From Thermoplasmata archaeon (GTDB lineage: Archaea > Thermoplasmatota > Thermoplasmata > Thermoplasmatales > Thermoplasmataceae): a DNA stretch of 59,532 bases. Made by a program: the position numbers and the translations under genes. Positions 8,573-18,501 of the stretch are shown piece by piece (position 1 is the first letter of the stretch; each line of letters opens with the position of its first letter). The notes under the pieces were generated by a model. It was not told the DNA's origin. It ran no database searches and worked only from the letters and a program-made list of their open reading frames with translations. The DNA is taken from NCBI GenBank assembly GCA_021818675.1, contig JAKATR010000099.1:1-59532 (forward strand), read 5' to 3'.

Positions 8573-11500
8573 TCATTGCTTATTTTCTCCAATCTTAGAT
8601 GGCCACCAGTTATATTTTTTCAGCATAAGCATCACTGCAGGAACAAAGAAAGGCCACGTGATGAAAGTATCTACAAGAACCCCAATAGCGAGACTCATTC
8701 CGATTTCCTGAATAATTCCCAGTGTACTGATATAGAGAGAACCAAAGGTTACTGCCAGTACTGCTCCAAGAGTAACAATCACTCCTCCGTTTTCCTTAAC
8801 AGAAATGATTATTGCTTCCTTCTCGGTCTTACCTTTGATTACCTCCTCCTTTACCCTTGAAATCATGAAGATATCATAATCCAAACCAACCGCTAACAGT
8901 GTTATGAAAGCAAACATCGGCATGAATATAACCAATGGAAGATGCTGAACATAATGGAACAGAATAAATGAGATGGATAAAGACATTAAAACTGAAGCTA
9001 TGACCATTATAATTAGCCTGATTGGCGTAAGAACTGAACTTAACTGGATTAATAAAATTATGAATATGGCTATGGCAAGAATGGGTATCATTTCAGAGAA
9101 TGATGAAGCGGTAATAGTATATGCATTGGAAAATCCTTCTGTGAGCCCCCCTATGTTGTAAGTGTAACCCAGATTGCTGGTATTTGCAGAAAGAGCATTG
9201 TTCAAATTATTGACAGTCACTGAGGCAGGAGTGGTCCATGCAAGAGACGATGTTTCAAAGACGATCTCTGCATATCTGGAGTTTGCACCGATAAATGAAC
9301 GGCTCTGATTCAAATACATCTGAGCAGTGCTTGTTGGATAAGATTGCATGCTCGATAAGGATATAAAGTTCCCATAGGGGTAAGTTGGCCCAAATATGCC
9401 CTGAATTCCTGACATATGGGCAGTTGTATTTTCTATTGTGGATAGTTTCTGCATTTCAGCAAGATTGAATGAACCATTTGCATACACCAGAGGCTGAGCA
9501 AAGTGTACCACGATAAATGACCGGTCAAAGAAATCTCCTCCAAATGAGGCGTTAACTGCCTCTATGGATTGAATTCCGGAACTTTGAGGTATGAGCTTAA
9601 ATATATCTATATTTGTGGGAGTTATAAAATAGAACGTAAGAGCGGATATTGATACTATTATGAATATGACAATAAGTGTGTTCTTCTTTTCCGTTGAAAA
9701 TTGACCTACTTTTGTCATCAGCTTCTGGGCAGGTGTTCCCTTATATTCCTTACCATCTTTTATATTTAGAATCTTTCTTCCATATCTGTGAAGAATTGCA
9801 AGCAAGAGCGTGTTAGCAAGTATAATTGAAGTTGTTACCCCTATTGCGTTTGTAAGACCTGAGTCGCTGAAAATAGGTACATGTGAAAGCCACAATACTA
9901 TATATGAAATTACCACAGTTATCCCGGAAGTAAATACCGCATGACCAGCCCATCTTGAAGAAACTATTGTGGGGTGTTCCTGACCTTCTGCAAGTTCTTT
10001 CCTGTATCTTGCCATTATATAGACAACATAATCGCTTGTAAGACCTAATAAAAGAAGGAGCAGAAGAGTTGGTGTTATGAATGAAAGCTGAGCGTGAAGT
10101 ACGTATTTGTAAAGGAACCCGTTTAAACCCAATGAAATCAGTGCGGAAAAGATAAAAATAAGAAGCGGCATGAAAGCAGCCTTTATTGATCTAAAATATA
10201 AACCTACAATCAATATTGATAGAAATATTCCAATGCCTAGAGCTTCAACAAGACCGGTTGTAACTTCATTGTTTATCTGTCCATTTAAGGTTTCACTGCC
10301 GGTTACTATTACAGAGGAATTTGAAACGTTTTTCTGAATATCGTTAGATATACTTGTAATTTCATTGCAGTTTGAGTTATTGTATGACTGGTTTATGTTT
10401 ATTACAATCAATGTTGTTGAATACCCTATGCCCACAAGCTGCGACATTGCGTAAGAACTTGGCATCACGGGCTGTTGAAAAATAGTATAATTGTAAATGT
10501 AAGCATTATACGCTTCCAGTGATGAAACGTTGGTAAGGTACTGAATAAAACCTGTTATTGTGTTCTTATTTATTGTAATGATGGGGTTTCCATAAAACTC
10601 TCTTGAAGCAGCGTTCACAACTAATGGAGTCGTTATACCCTGAATCTGCTGAGATATTGCAGGCTGGCTTATGTTGAAAGATAACCCTACCAGGTAGTGT
10701 ATGCTTACTCCAAGAACATCTGTGATAAAATAGACTTCCGCATTATTTGTTGCAAATTGTTCAGATATTGAATTTATTGTATAATTTAGAATTGAACTCT
10801 TTTGATTGTAAATATAAGGATCTAAAGTAATGTTTTGATCGATTGACTTCATTAGATAATATGTTTGCCCAAGTTGTTTTGTTGAGCTCACAAATTGAAC
10901 GAAAGTAGAGTTGCCAAGAGTTTCGTATATTGCTGAATTCATAGTCTTAATAAAATCAGTTGAAGATCCAACACTGGTATTCCAATACCCAGTGAAAATA
11001 TTCACATATGTAGTGGACAGGATACTGAATGAGGAATTTTCAGCAACATTTATTGTTTTTTCATAAGATATGCTTTTATTACCAGTTTTTGAAAATACCC
11101 CCAGATAGTATGCAGGGAGGCCAAGTGTTAATTGAGCCGTAGAATTGTAAATTGTTGAAGCATTATTGAGGTTTGTCATAAGCAAGGTTGCATTGTTGAT
11201 CAATGGCTTCATGCCTTTTGAAAATGCCTTAAGAATGGATTCCTGCGTTGAAATAATACTGCTCATTGATGAGAACCCTTTGATTGTTGAAGAATAAGAC
11301 GATAATTTGTTATTTACAGAATACAATTCCTGATACGTTTTAAGGGTTTGAAGAGGCGTATTATTTGTAACGATGACAAATGATGAAGCGTTTGAGTTTG
11401 TAGCTCCAAAATTAGAAGTGTTCTGACCAAAATATTCTGATAGTTCCTGAGAAGCCTTATATGACATAGATGATGTAGTGTTTAAACTGTTTCCTATATC

Positions 11501-11632
11501 AAAGGAGGTATTGCTGAAAACCAGCTGTGCCCCTGGAAGCATTAACACCATGAATATAATCCAGAATATGATTATCTTACCACTGTTTCGTGAAGAAAAT
11601 TTCCCTATTTTTTCGAAGAAGGATTCAAACAT
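8573..11632 (-). CDS. MMPL/RND-superfamily membrane protein
   Basis: 1019 aa. A two-fold repeat of a large soluble loop followed by a cluster of about 5-6 helices. The second helical bundle ends in the typical ...LAVGLDYDIFMISRVKEE... motif. Confidence 0.8.
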   Translation of the reverse strand: MFESFFEKIGKFSSRNSGKIIIFWIIFMVLMLPGAQLVFSNTSFDIGNSLNTTSSMSYKASQELSEYFGQNTSNFGATNSNASSFVIVTNNTPLQTLKTYQELYSVNNKLSSYSSTIKGFSSMSSIISTQESILKAFSKGMKPLINNATLLMTNLNNASTIYNSTAQLTLGLPAYYLGVFSKTGNKSISYEKTINVAENSSFSILSTTYVNIFTGYWNTSVGSSTDFIKTMNSAIYETLGNSTFVQFVSSTKQLGQTYYLMKSIDQNITLDPYIYNQKSSILNYTINSISEQFATNNAEVYFITDVLGVSIHYLVGLSFNISQPAISQQIQGITTPLVVNAASREFYGNPIITINKNTITGFIQYLTNVSSLEAYNAYIYNYTIFQQPVMPSSYAMSQLVGIGYSTTLIVININQSYNNSNCNEITSISNDIQKNVSNSSVIVTGSETLNGQINNEVTTGLVEALGIGIFLSILIVGLYFRSIKAAFMPLLIFIFSALISLGLNGFLYKYVLHAQLSFITPTLLLLLLLGLTSDYVVYIMARYRKELAEGQEHPTIVSSRWAGHAVFTSGITVVISYIVLWLSHVPIFSDSGLTNAIGVTTSIILANTLLLAILHRYGRKILNIKDGKEYKGTPAQKLMTKVGQFSTEKKNTLIVIFIIVSISALTFYFITPTNIDIFKLIPQSSGIQSIEAVNASFGGDFFDRSFIVVHFAQPLVYANGSFNLAEMQKLSTIENTTAHMSGIQGIFGPTYPYGNFISLSSMQSYPTSTAQMYLNQSRSFIGANSRYAEIVFETSSLAWTTPASVTVNNLNNALSANTSNLGYTYNIGGLTEGFSNAYTITASSFSEMIPILAIAIFIILLIQLSSVLTPIRLIIMVIASVLMSLSISFILFHYVQHLPLVIFMPMFAFITLLAVGLDYDIFMISRVKEEVIKGKTEKEAIIISVKENGGVIVTLGAVLAVTFGSLYISTLGIIQEIGMSLAIGVLVDTFITWPFFVPAVMLMLKKYNWWPSKIGENKQ

Positions 11633-11743
11633 TATTTTTCAAAACGGTATCGCTTATCGATATTTGAAATTTAGTTTTGATTGCGTTGTGGTGATTTTTT
11701 TTAAAAATTTGTTAGAATCAAAAAGCCTTATATTCAGAATTCA

Positions 11744-12685
11744 ATGATAAGTTGTATGCTTGATTCCGAACTGGAAGATGTTAACCTTTATGATTACGTT
11801 TATAAATTGTTACAGCAGATACCAAGAGGTTATGTATCAACATATGGAGCTATAGCCGACGCCCTGGGCGATATAAAAGCCTCCAGGGCAGTGGGCACTA
11901 TCTTATCTCAAAATGAAAATAGTGATGTTTATCCCTGCTACAAGATAGTTTATTCAACCGGTGAGGTTGGAAATTTTACACATCCGCTTGGTACGAAAGA
12001 GAAAATAAGTAGATTAAAAAGAGACGGGATAAAAATAACTAAAAATCGAATCGATAGATTTGAAGATGTTCTTTTTACAGATTTCAAATGTGACTCTCCA
12101 CTAAGAAAATTATCGGCTATCCAGGAAAAAATGAAGCCACAGATTAAAGTAGATGACGATTTCAAAAACAGCTATTTTGGAGCCATTGATGTATCATATT
12201 CTGGAAGGATGGGCTATGGAGCATTCCTCTGGTATAATGGCGAGAAGATTGAAAAGAAAGAAGTAGTTCTCAGGTCAGATTTTCCATATATCCCCGGGTA
12301 TTTAGCTTTCAAGGAAATGAAATTTATACGCAATTTATGCAGTGAATTTGAAGGCATTTTGCTTGTAGATGCTAACGGTTTGCTTCATCCAAGGATGATG
12401 GGCCTGGCGACTTACGCAGGATTAAAATTAGATATACCTACAATAGGTGTTGCCAAATCATTACAACTAGGAAAAGTGAGTGGAAATTCCGTATACCTGT
12501 ATGATAAGAAAACGGCAATATTACTATCAAAACGATGTATAGTGAGCCCTGGTAACAAAGTCTCACTGGAGACGGCAATTAAATTACTGAAACCAGAACT
12601 GAGCAGGAGTTATCCTAAAATCTTAAAATTAGTACACGATTGTACAGTTACTCTTAGAAATCACTATGGAATAAATGAAAACTAG
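11744..12685 (+). CDS. nfi: Fusion of an O6-alkylguanine-DNA-alkyltransferase-like DNA-binding domain with endonuclease V
   Basis: The N-terminal part, IPRGYVSTYGAIADALGDIKASRAVGTILSQNENSDVYPCYKIV, is an MGMT C-domain fold. The C-terminal part carries EndoV motifs: GAIDVSY, PYIPGYLAFKE and VDANGLLHPRMMGLATYAGLKLDIPTIGVAKS. A TATA-like CTTATATT at 11727-11734 favours the second ATG (11756) as a leaderless start. Confidence 0.9.
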   Translation: MISCMLDSELEDVNLYDYVYKLLQQIPRGYVSTYGAIADALGDIKASRAVGTILSQNENSDVYPCYKIVYSTGEVGNFTHPLGTKEKISRLKRDGIKITKNRIDRFEDVLFTDFKCDSPLRKLSAIQEKMKPQIKVDDDFKNSYFGAIDVSYSGRMGYGAFLWYNGEKIEKKEVVLRSDFPYIPGYLAFKEMKFIRNLCSEFEGILLVDANGLLHPRMMGLATYAGLKLDIPTIGVAKSLQLGKVSGNSVYLYDKKTAILLSKRCIVSPGNKVSLETAIKLLKPELSRSYPKILKLVHDCTVTLRNHYGINEN

Positions 12686-12804
12686 GTCATATCCAACATT
12701 ATTATGTCTTAGAAAAAAGATTTATGTAATCGAATTTATGTTAAAGCTACAAAGATAGTTTTTGATTTGGTTATATCCATGATTTGAGAAAAAAATTAGT
12801 ACCT

Positions 12805-12814
12805 TTCATATATT
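12805..12814 (+). promoter_or_regulatory. TATA-like box for tRNA-Leu
   Basis: TTCATATATT is centred about 28 nt upstream of tRNA position 1. Confidence 0.45.
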
Positions 12815-12837
12815 CCAGTTTAATCCCTTATAACTAC

Positions 12838-12922
12838 GCGGAGGTTGTCGAGCTAGGTTAAAGGCGATGGATTCAGGGTCCATTCCCGCAGGGGTCCGCC
12901 GGTTCAAATCCGGCCCTCCGCA
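12838..12922 (+). tRNA. tRNA-Leu (anticodon CAG)
   Basis: Hand-folded cloverleaf. The 7-bp acceptor is GCGGAGG/CCTCCGC with discriminator A. There is a 3-bp D stem with GG in the loop. The anticodon stem ATGGA/TCCAT has loop TTCAGGG. A long variable arm is present (class II tRNA). The T arm is GCCGG-TTCAAAT-CCGGC. No CCA is encoded and there is no intron. Confidence 0.95.
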
Positions 12923-12927
12923 TTTAC

Positions 12928-12933
12928 TTTTTT
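12928..12933 (+). terminator. Oligo-T tract immediately after tRNA-Leu
   Basis: A TTTTTT run begins 6 nt after the discriminator base. Confidence 0.4.
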
Positions 12934-13370
12934 AATTAGACATTAGCGATTTGTGAAAAACCAAGGCTCATTTCTAAACGAATGGTTTATTATTAGGGTG
13001 CTTACCTTGATTTTTTTTACATTTAAACAGATCGAATGCTTTCATTACAATATTTCTCGACTTTAGAGCTTAATTTCATAGAAATTGATTTTCACTGCCA
13101 TTTTAAGATCATTCAAGATTCACTTTTCTGTTGAAATTCCTAAAAGGTCTTTTTCAATGTACAATATTAATGCTTTCACCAAACTATGGTAAAATAAGGA
13201 TTTCCTTTAGGTCAGGAAGTATTGATTTCTAAGATCTTCGGTAAATTTGTTATGTCGTTTTGTACTACCTCATAACTTATGAAATACAGAGATATAGGCC
13301 TATTTTAGTTTTAAGTGCGATATAAAATTTATTCAACTAAATTTAATTGTCTATGTTGGAAAAACAGAAT

Positions 13371-13940
13371 TTATTTCTTGTTTCCCAGATTATTAATGTC
13401 GCCGTTTCCATATAAGACATCATCTAATTCATTCTTTGAGCCACTTTTCGGTTTCAAAATGGCACCGACTATGGATAGGATAATTCCGATTACAACCAAT
13501 GCCCCGCCAACTATAAAAAGGAGACCTAAAACTAAGACTGTGTTCAGATTGTTTGTGATTTGAAATTGATAATGCTGGCTTGTCGCATTAAAATATAATA
13601 CATAAAAGCTGCCTGGACCCACTGTATATGTGCTAACAACATATCCAGTTCCTATTGATTCATTAATATTTGGTTTTAAACCTATTTGATAAGCGTTTGA
13701 TTGGTTAACCTGAGGGAGAAAATTCGCATTGATTACATACATTGAGTTTCCTGTTGTGATCAGCTGGGATTGAGAAGATAAATTAATTTCAGAGGATAGC
13801 CATTCGTTTGAAGAATTTCCAATTTTTGAAAAATTATTATAAGTTTTAATGCTTTCGGCGGTAATTAAAAATGAGGCTACAATTAGGATAATCCCAATCA
13901 ATAGAATTATGCCGCCTGTATAAAGCATTTTTTTCCTCAT
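13371..13940 (-). CDS. Hypothetical membrane protein (N- and C-terminal helices flanking an Asn/Ser-rich external domain)
   Basis: 189 aa. Hydrophobic helices at residues ~7-27 and ~135-160. Several N-x-S/T sequons lie between them. No known domain recognised. Confidence 0.5.
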   Translation of the reverse strand: MRKKMLYTGGIILLIGIILIVASFLITAESIKTYNNFSKIGNSSNEWLSSEINLSSQSQLITTGNSMYVINANFLPQVNQSNAYQIGLKPNINESIGTGYVVSTYTVGPGSFYVLYFNATSQHYQFQITNNLNTVLVLGLLFIVGGALVVIGIILSIVGAILKPKSGSKNELDDVLYGNGDINNLGNKK

Positions 13941-13985
13941 AATACCTAGCTATGGTAAATAGCTATTTTTGTTTTTGCAACATTG

Positions 13986-14942
13986 TCACTTTGGCTTAAT
14001 TGCCATCCATTCCCGTCCCACATTGATTATTTCATTTCTTCTCTTATCCATATACTCATTGAGATTATTCATTCCGAATTCTTCCTTGAAACGATAACTA
14101 TTTTCATGTTTTGCAATATATCCAGAAGCCATTCCTTCTTCTATTTCTTCTAAAGTAAGGAAGTTTTCCTGAATTATTCCGGTTTTCTTCATTTTCAGCT
14201 TATTACAGAAATTTTTCAATGCTCTGAACCTTGAATACTCTTCAAAACTCCTTGTAGATTTGAAATCCGCAAATGATTTTTTAATTATATCAAGTATATG
14301 CTCCTCTGATTCCTCAACTTTAAGGCTAGATAAGGATGGATAGACCGCAAACGGTATGTATACTGCTGCCTCCCGGATTGGTGAGAAGAAATAAAAAGCC
14401 CTGACGTTTTTAATGAAGGATGATGAAAGAAGCAATTTTCCGTTAAATACCTCGGGCCTTTCACCAAGTGTGATAAATTTACTAGGCATAAAATCATCAG
14501 GTAAACCCAGTGAATTTTTTACATGAAAAATGGTGCTGAACAGATCCGATGGCTCAGAAATTTGTTTAGAAATGTTTTTGAATATTACAATATCTATGAG
14601 CTCTTCATTTGTCAACCCCTTGAGCTCCATTAAGAATGGTTCCTTTTCTTCCTCGGTAATACCTGAAAGAAATAAGTCATATGACAGAAGATCAATCTTA
14701 TCATCCATTTCCCCCCCTCTGTTCATTCTCACATCCAATTGGGAAAGTACTTCCATTATGCTCCCTAACTTGAAACCAGAATTTAGGGAAATTTGGTTTA
14801 TGTTTAACGGTGAGAAATAATAATCAAATTTTAATCCATTATAACCGGGATACTTCTCATCAATGGATATTTTTTTCTCGTAATTTTTTATGGGCTCAAT
14901 ATCGGCCATGTATCTTAATATGAAATCTTTGATGTCACTCAA
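13986..14942 (-). CDS. Hypothetical protein
   Basis: 318-aa ORF with ordinary composition and no motif I recognise. It is divergently arranged with the ORF at 15028. Confidence 0.5.
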   Translation of the reverse strand: MSDIKDFILRYMADIEPIKNYEKKISIDEKYPGYNGLKFDYYFSPLNINQISLNSGFKLGSIMEVLSQLDVRMNRGGEMDDKIDLLSYDLFLSGITEEEKEPFLMELKGLTNEELIDIVIFKNISKQISEPSDLFSTIFHVKNSLGLPDDFMPSKFITLGERPEVFNGKLLLSSSFIKNVRAFYFFSPIREAAVYIPFAVYPSLSSLKVEESEEHILDIIKKSFADFKSTRSFEEYSRFRALKNFCNKLKMKKTGIIQENFLTLEEIEEGMASGYIAKHENSYRFKEEFGMNNLNEYMDKRRNEIINVGREWMAIKPK

Positions 14943-15027
14943 TGCTTATACCCCAAACGAATTTTTCTGTTATATACATCCATTAATTATAAATAATAAT
15001 ATTCCTTATTATGATTAAGGGATTTCT

Positions 15028-15630
15028 ATGACTGGGGACAGATTCAACTATTACCTTAAAACTATAATGAATGCTTCACTCCCTGATTATTCAGTCATTT
15101 CCGAGCTTCTGGAAAACGATATGCAGCTATCGGTTGAAGAGGCTTCTGAGCTTGAACGCCTCATTGGCATATATCTCAGTATTCATAACAAGAGTACTAT
15201 AAGGGTTGTAAATAATATCACAGGAAAGGAGGAAATTCCACCAAGTACCAAAGAGGATGATTTTGGAGGAACGAGCATTTACGATGGAGAAGTTTTTGTT
15301 TATGGCCTGAAATGGAAGGTCTATAGACCAACCAACGGATTTGACAAATCACCTGTTCAAAAATGGTACTATAATGAAAAGGTATCATCTATTCTTGATG
15401 ATGTTTTATCATCTGTTGTTCCAGGCAGACTGAAAAATTATTTTGAGTTACCCCCATGGGTTCTTGGCACGATTTATGCGCCCAATAGTTATTACCTTCC
15501 AATAGCAGATATCATTAATCTCGCCATTGCCAGACGGCTTATTACTGGATGGGATTATCTCATAGAAAGTGGAATACCAAGAAATTATATTGAGACAATA
15601 AGATCAAAAGATCTTGGTAATATTAGCTGA
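15028..15630 (+). CDS. Hypothetical protein
   Basis: 200-aa ORF with an ATG start and no recognisable motif. Confidence 0.5.
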   Translation: MTGDRFNYYLKTIMNASLPDYSVISELLENDMQLSVEEASELERLIGIYLSIHNKSTIRVVNNITGKEEIPPSTKEDDFGGTSIYDGEVFVYGLKWKVYRPTNGFDKSPVQKWYYNEKVSSILDDVLSSVVPGRLKNYFELPPWVLGTIYAPNSYYLPIADIINLAIARRLITGWDYLIESGIPRNYIETIRSKDLGNIS

Positions 15631-15641
15631 GATGTGGACTA

Positions 15642-16190
15642 TTGACCCGGACATTAATAGGAATAAATAATTCTAGCGAATGCGCCAATTTTAGAAATAT
15701 AAAGGGCGTGATTTTAAGATATACTACATATGGATGCGAACTGGATGTTTTTGACAATTCAACCCTCAATGATGTTCTAAAAAATTTAAAAGAGTCTTCA
15801 ATTGTATTTTCTTCCTCAGATGAACAGCTTGACCGAATTAAGAGAAATTTTGACGATAGATCATTGATAAATTATGCATTTTCTCTGTTTAATCAGGAAA
15901 GATACTGGGAATATCACGAGATACTTGAAAAAATTTGGAGAAAATGTGATGGAAATACAAAGGAATATATTCAATGCCTCATCCACATAGGTGTTTCCAT
16001 GGTGAAGCTTCAACTAGAACAGACGGAGACTGCCAGTATAGTATATAATAGAACAATGGAAAAAATGAAATCGCTCTTTTCAAACGACGAATTTCAAATA
16101 TTTCCCCAGCAATTCCATTATCCAATAAGGCTTGATGAAACTCAAGTAGAAATTATTATGAAAAGCAAAATTATGAAAAATATTATATGA
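15642..16190 (+). CDS. DUF309-domain protein
   Basis: The central FNQERYWEYHEILEKIW matches the conserved YWE-x-HE-x-LE-x2-W core of DUF309. The start codon is uncertain (TTG in the track). Confidence 0.55.
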   Translation: MTRTLIGINNSSECANFRNIKGVILRYTTYGCELDVFDNSTLNDVLKNLKESSIVFSSSDEQLDRIKRNFDDRSLINYAFSLFNQERYWEYHEILEKIWRKCDGNTKEYIQCLIHIGVSMVKLQLEQTETASIVYNRTMEKMKSLFSNDEFQIFPQQFHYPIRLDETQVEIIMKSKIMKNII

Positions 16191-16208
16191 ATTAGTAATG
16201 AAAGGCAG

Positions 16209-17498
16209 ATGGAAACAATAATCCAAATTTTGAATGACAATTATATAGGAAAAGAAGTTAAAATACATGGTTGGGTGTACCGGGTAAGATCAAGTTCGAA
16301 ACTTTGTTTTATAGTAATGAGGGATCATAGTGGTGTCATTCAAACAGTTGGTCGAATGGAAGATTTCAATGGTGATGATTTCAAAAATCTGGCCAATCTT
16401 ACAATAGAAAGCAGCCTAGAAATTTCCGGCACTTTAAACAAAGATGAAAGGGCAATTACCGGTTACGAACTGAGAATCAAATCTTTCAAAATATTTCAGA
16501 GAAATGAAAATTTCCCAATTACCAAAGATCAGGGTGAGGAGTTTCTTCTCGATAACAGGCATCTTTGGATCAGGAGTAGAGAATTCAATGCAATATTAAA
16601 GATAAGGTCAACTATTTTCAAGGCATTCTCAGAATTTTTCTTTAAAAAAGGATACTACGAGGTTCATCCCCCCATGATGGTTTCCACGGCAACAGAGGGT
16701 GGATCTACTCTGTTCAAAGTTCCATTCTTTGGAGAAACTGCGTTTCTTACACAAAGTTCCCAGTTCTATCTTGAGACATTTATCTTCTCACTGGAAAAGG
16801 TATTTACGGTTTCCCCAAGCTTCAGAGCAGAAAAATCCCGAACATGGAGACATCTAACAGAATACTGGCATGCCGAGGGTGAAGTTGCATGGATTGGTAA
16901 CGAAGAGATGATGGATATTGAAGAGGCAATGATCAAATATATAATAAAAGAGGTACTAGAACAAAACAAAGAGGAGCTTACCTTACTCAACAGAGATATT
17001 TCCGCATTGGAGAAATCCCTGGAACCTTTTCATAGAATGACCTATACGGAACTCATTAAGAAAGCACAGGAATTTGGTCTGGATTTAAAATTTGGAGATG
17101 ATTTGGGAGCAGATGAGGAGAGGGCCATAATGGTTCATTTTGACAAACCTATTTTCGTAACGCATTTTCCTGAGGAATTGAAAACGTTCTATCATAGACC
17201 TGATCCCCAGAATCCGGGATACATACTCTGTCACGACCTTCTGGCACCTGAGGGATACGGTGAGATAATCGGGGGCGGCGAAAGGATATGGTCACTGGAC
17301 GAGCTGAGATCACGTATTCAAAAGGCTGGATTGAAAGAAGAGGACTATTACTGGTATCTGGATCTGAGAAGATATGGCAGTATTCCTCACTCAGGTTTTG
17401 GCCTTGGTCTCGACCGGTTGTGCCTGTGGATAATGAAACAGTCAAATATTAAGGATATAATTGCGTTTCCAAGAACGATCAGAAGATTGAGACCTTAG
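16209..17498 (+). CDS. asnS: Asparaginyl-tRNA synthetase
   Basis: 429 aa. N-terminal OB domain ([23 protein letters not shown]). Motif 2 is [21 protein letters not shown] (AsnRS type). Motif 3 is [13 protein letters not shown]. Confidence 0.95.
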   Translation: METIIQILNDNYIGKEVKIHGWVYRVRSSSKLCFIVMRDHSGVIQTVGRMEDFNGDDFKNLANLTIESSLEISGTLNKDERAITGYELRIKSFKIFQRNENFPITKDQGEEFLLDNRHLWIRSREFNAILKIRSTIFKAFSEFFFKKGYYEVHPPMMVSTATEGGSTLFKVPFFGETAFLTQSSQFYLETFIFSLEKVFTVSPSFRAEKSRTWRHLTEYWHAEGEVAWIGNEEMMDIEEAMIKYIIKEVLEQNKEELTLLNRDISALEKSLEPFHRMTYTELIKKAQEFGLDLKFGDDLGADEERAIMVHFDKPIFVTHFPEELKTFYHRPDPQNPGYILCHDLLAPEGYGEIIGGGERIWSLDELRSRIQKAGLKEEDYYWYLDLRRYGSIPHSGFGLGLDRLCLWIMKQSNIKDIIAFPRTIRRLRP

Positions 17499-17508
17499 GG
17501 GTTTTCTA

Positions 17509-18501
17509 TTGACCAACAGTTTCAGAGAAGTTTTGAAAAACGGAAGCGCCGAGACTATTCCAGTGTGGTTTATGCGACAGGCTGGAAGGTATATGCCATC
17601 CTACAGAGAAATAAGAAAAAGATATTCAATGCTTGAATTGTGCAAAACCTATGAAACAGCAGCGGAGGTCAGTTACTTACCAGTTAAAGAACTGGGGGTT
17701 GACGCAGCCATTGCCTTCTCTGATATTCTCCTGATTCTTGAAAACCTGGGTTTTTCCATAGACTACCCCGGAAATGGCAGTCCGGTTGTCACCAGAAGCC
17801 AATCATTATCAAATGAAAAATTTGTGTCACATGGTGCGGAAACCATAATAAAATTTCGTGAAAAACACGGTGATTTTCCCATAATTGGCTTTACGGGTGC
17901 ACCACTTACAATTCTCTCATATGCAATGAATGGCAGATCAGACCCTGATCTTATGGCAACAAGGAGGGCAATAGCAGTTGGGAAATCTTCATTGATTGAC
18001 CTTATGAACGAACTTAAAGAAGTGCTTATCCATGATATTCACGATCAAATAAGGGCAGGTGCGGAAGCAATCCAAATTTTTGACAGTTGGCTGGGCCATC
18101 TGCCATTTTCATTTATAAAAAACCATTATCTCAAGATTCTTCAGGAAATATCTGCTGAGGTCCATTCATTAAATTCACACTTAATTTTCTTTTCTACTGG
18201 AACAGCACATATCTGGGAGATGTTAAAGGAAATTGATCCTGATGTTATAAGCATAGATTGGAGAATGGATATTTTTCAAGCACAGAATATCTTCGGCAGT
18301 GAAACTACCGTTCAGGGAAATCTTGATCCTGTTATTGCGGCCACAGATTCAGAGACCAGCAAGAGGGAGACAAAAAGAATACTCGGAAGCCTCCTGTGGA
18401 AAGATCATTACATATTTAATCTGGGTCACGGGGTGTTGCCTGAGACTGACCAAAAAACATTGAGAAGTATTGTTGAAGAGGTGCATAATTGGGAAATTTA
18501 A
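17509..18501 (+). CDS. hemE: Uroporphyrinogen decarboxylase
   Basis: N-terminal PVWFMRQAGRYMPSYREIR is the HemE signature. The protein is 330 aa with a TTG start. Confidence 0.93.
   Translation: MTNSFREVLKNGSAETIPVWFMRQAGRYMPSYREIRKRYSMLELCKTYETAAEVSYLPVKELGVDAAIAFSDILLILENLGFSIDYPGNGSPVVTRSQSLSNEKFVSHGAETIIKFREKHGDFPIIGFTGAPLTILSYAMNGRSDPDLMATRRAIAVGKSSLIDLMNELKEVLIHDIHDQIRAGAEAIQIFDSWLGHLPFSFIKNHYLKILQEISAEVHSLNSHLIFFSTGTAHIWEMLKEIDPDVISIDWRMDIFQAQNIFGSETTVQGNLDPVIAATDSETSKRETKRILGSLLWKDHYIFNLGHGVLPETDQKTLRSIVEEVHNWEI

Noticed and set aside
12838-16190. An integrated virus or plasmid at tRNA-Leu.
   Set aside because: There is no integrase or recombinase ORF. By eye I could not find a direct repeat of the tRNA 3' half downstream. 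The region is kept only as a low-interest note about uncharacterised genes.
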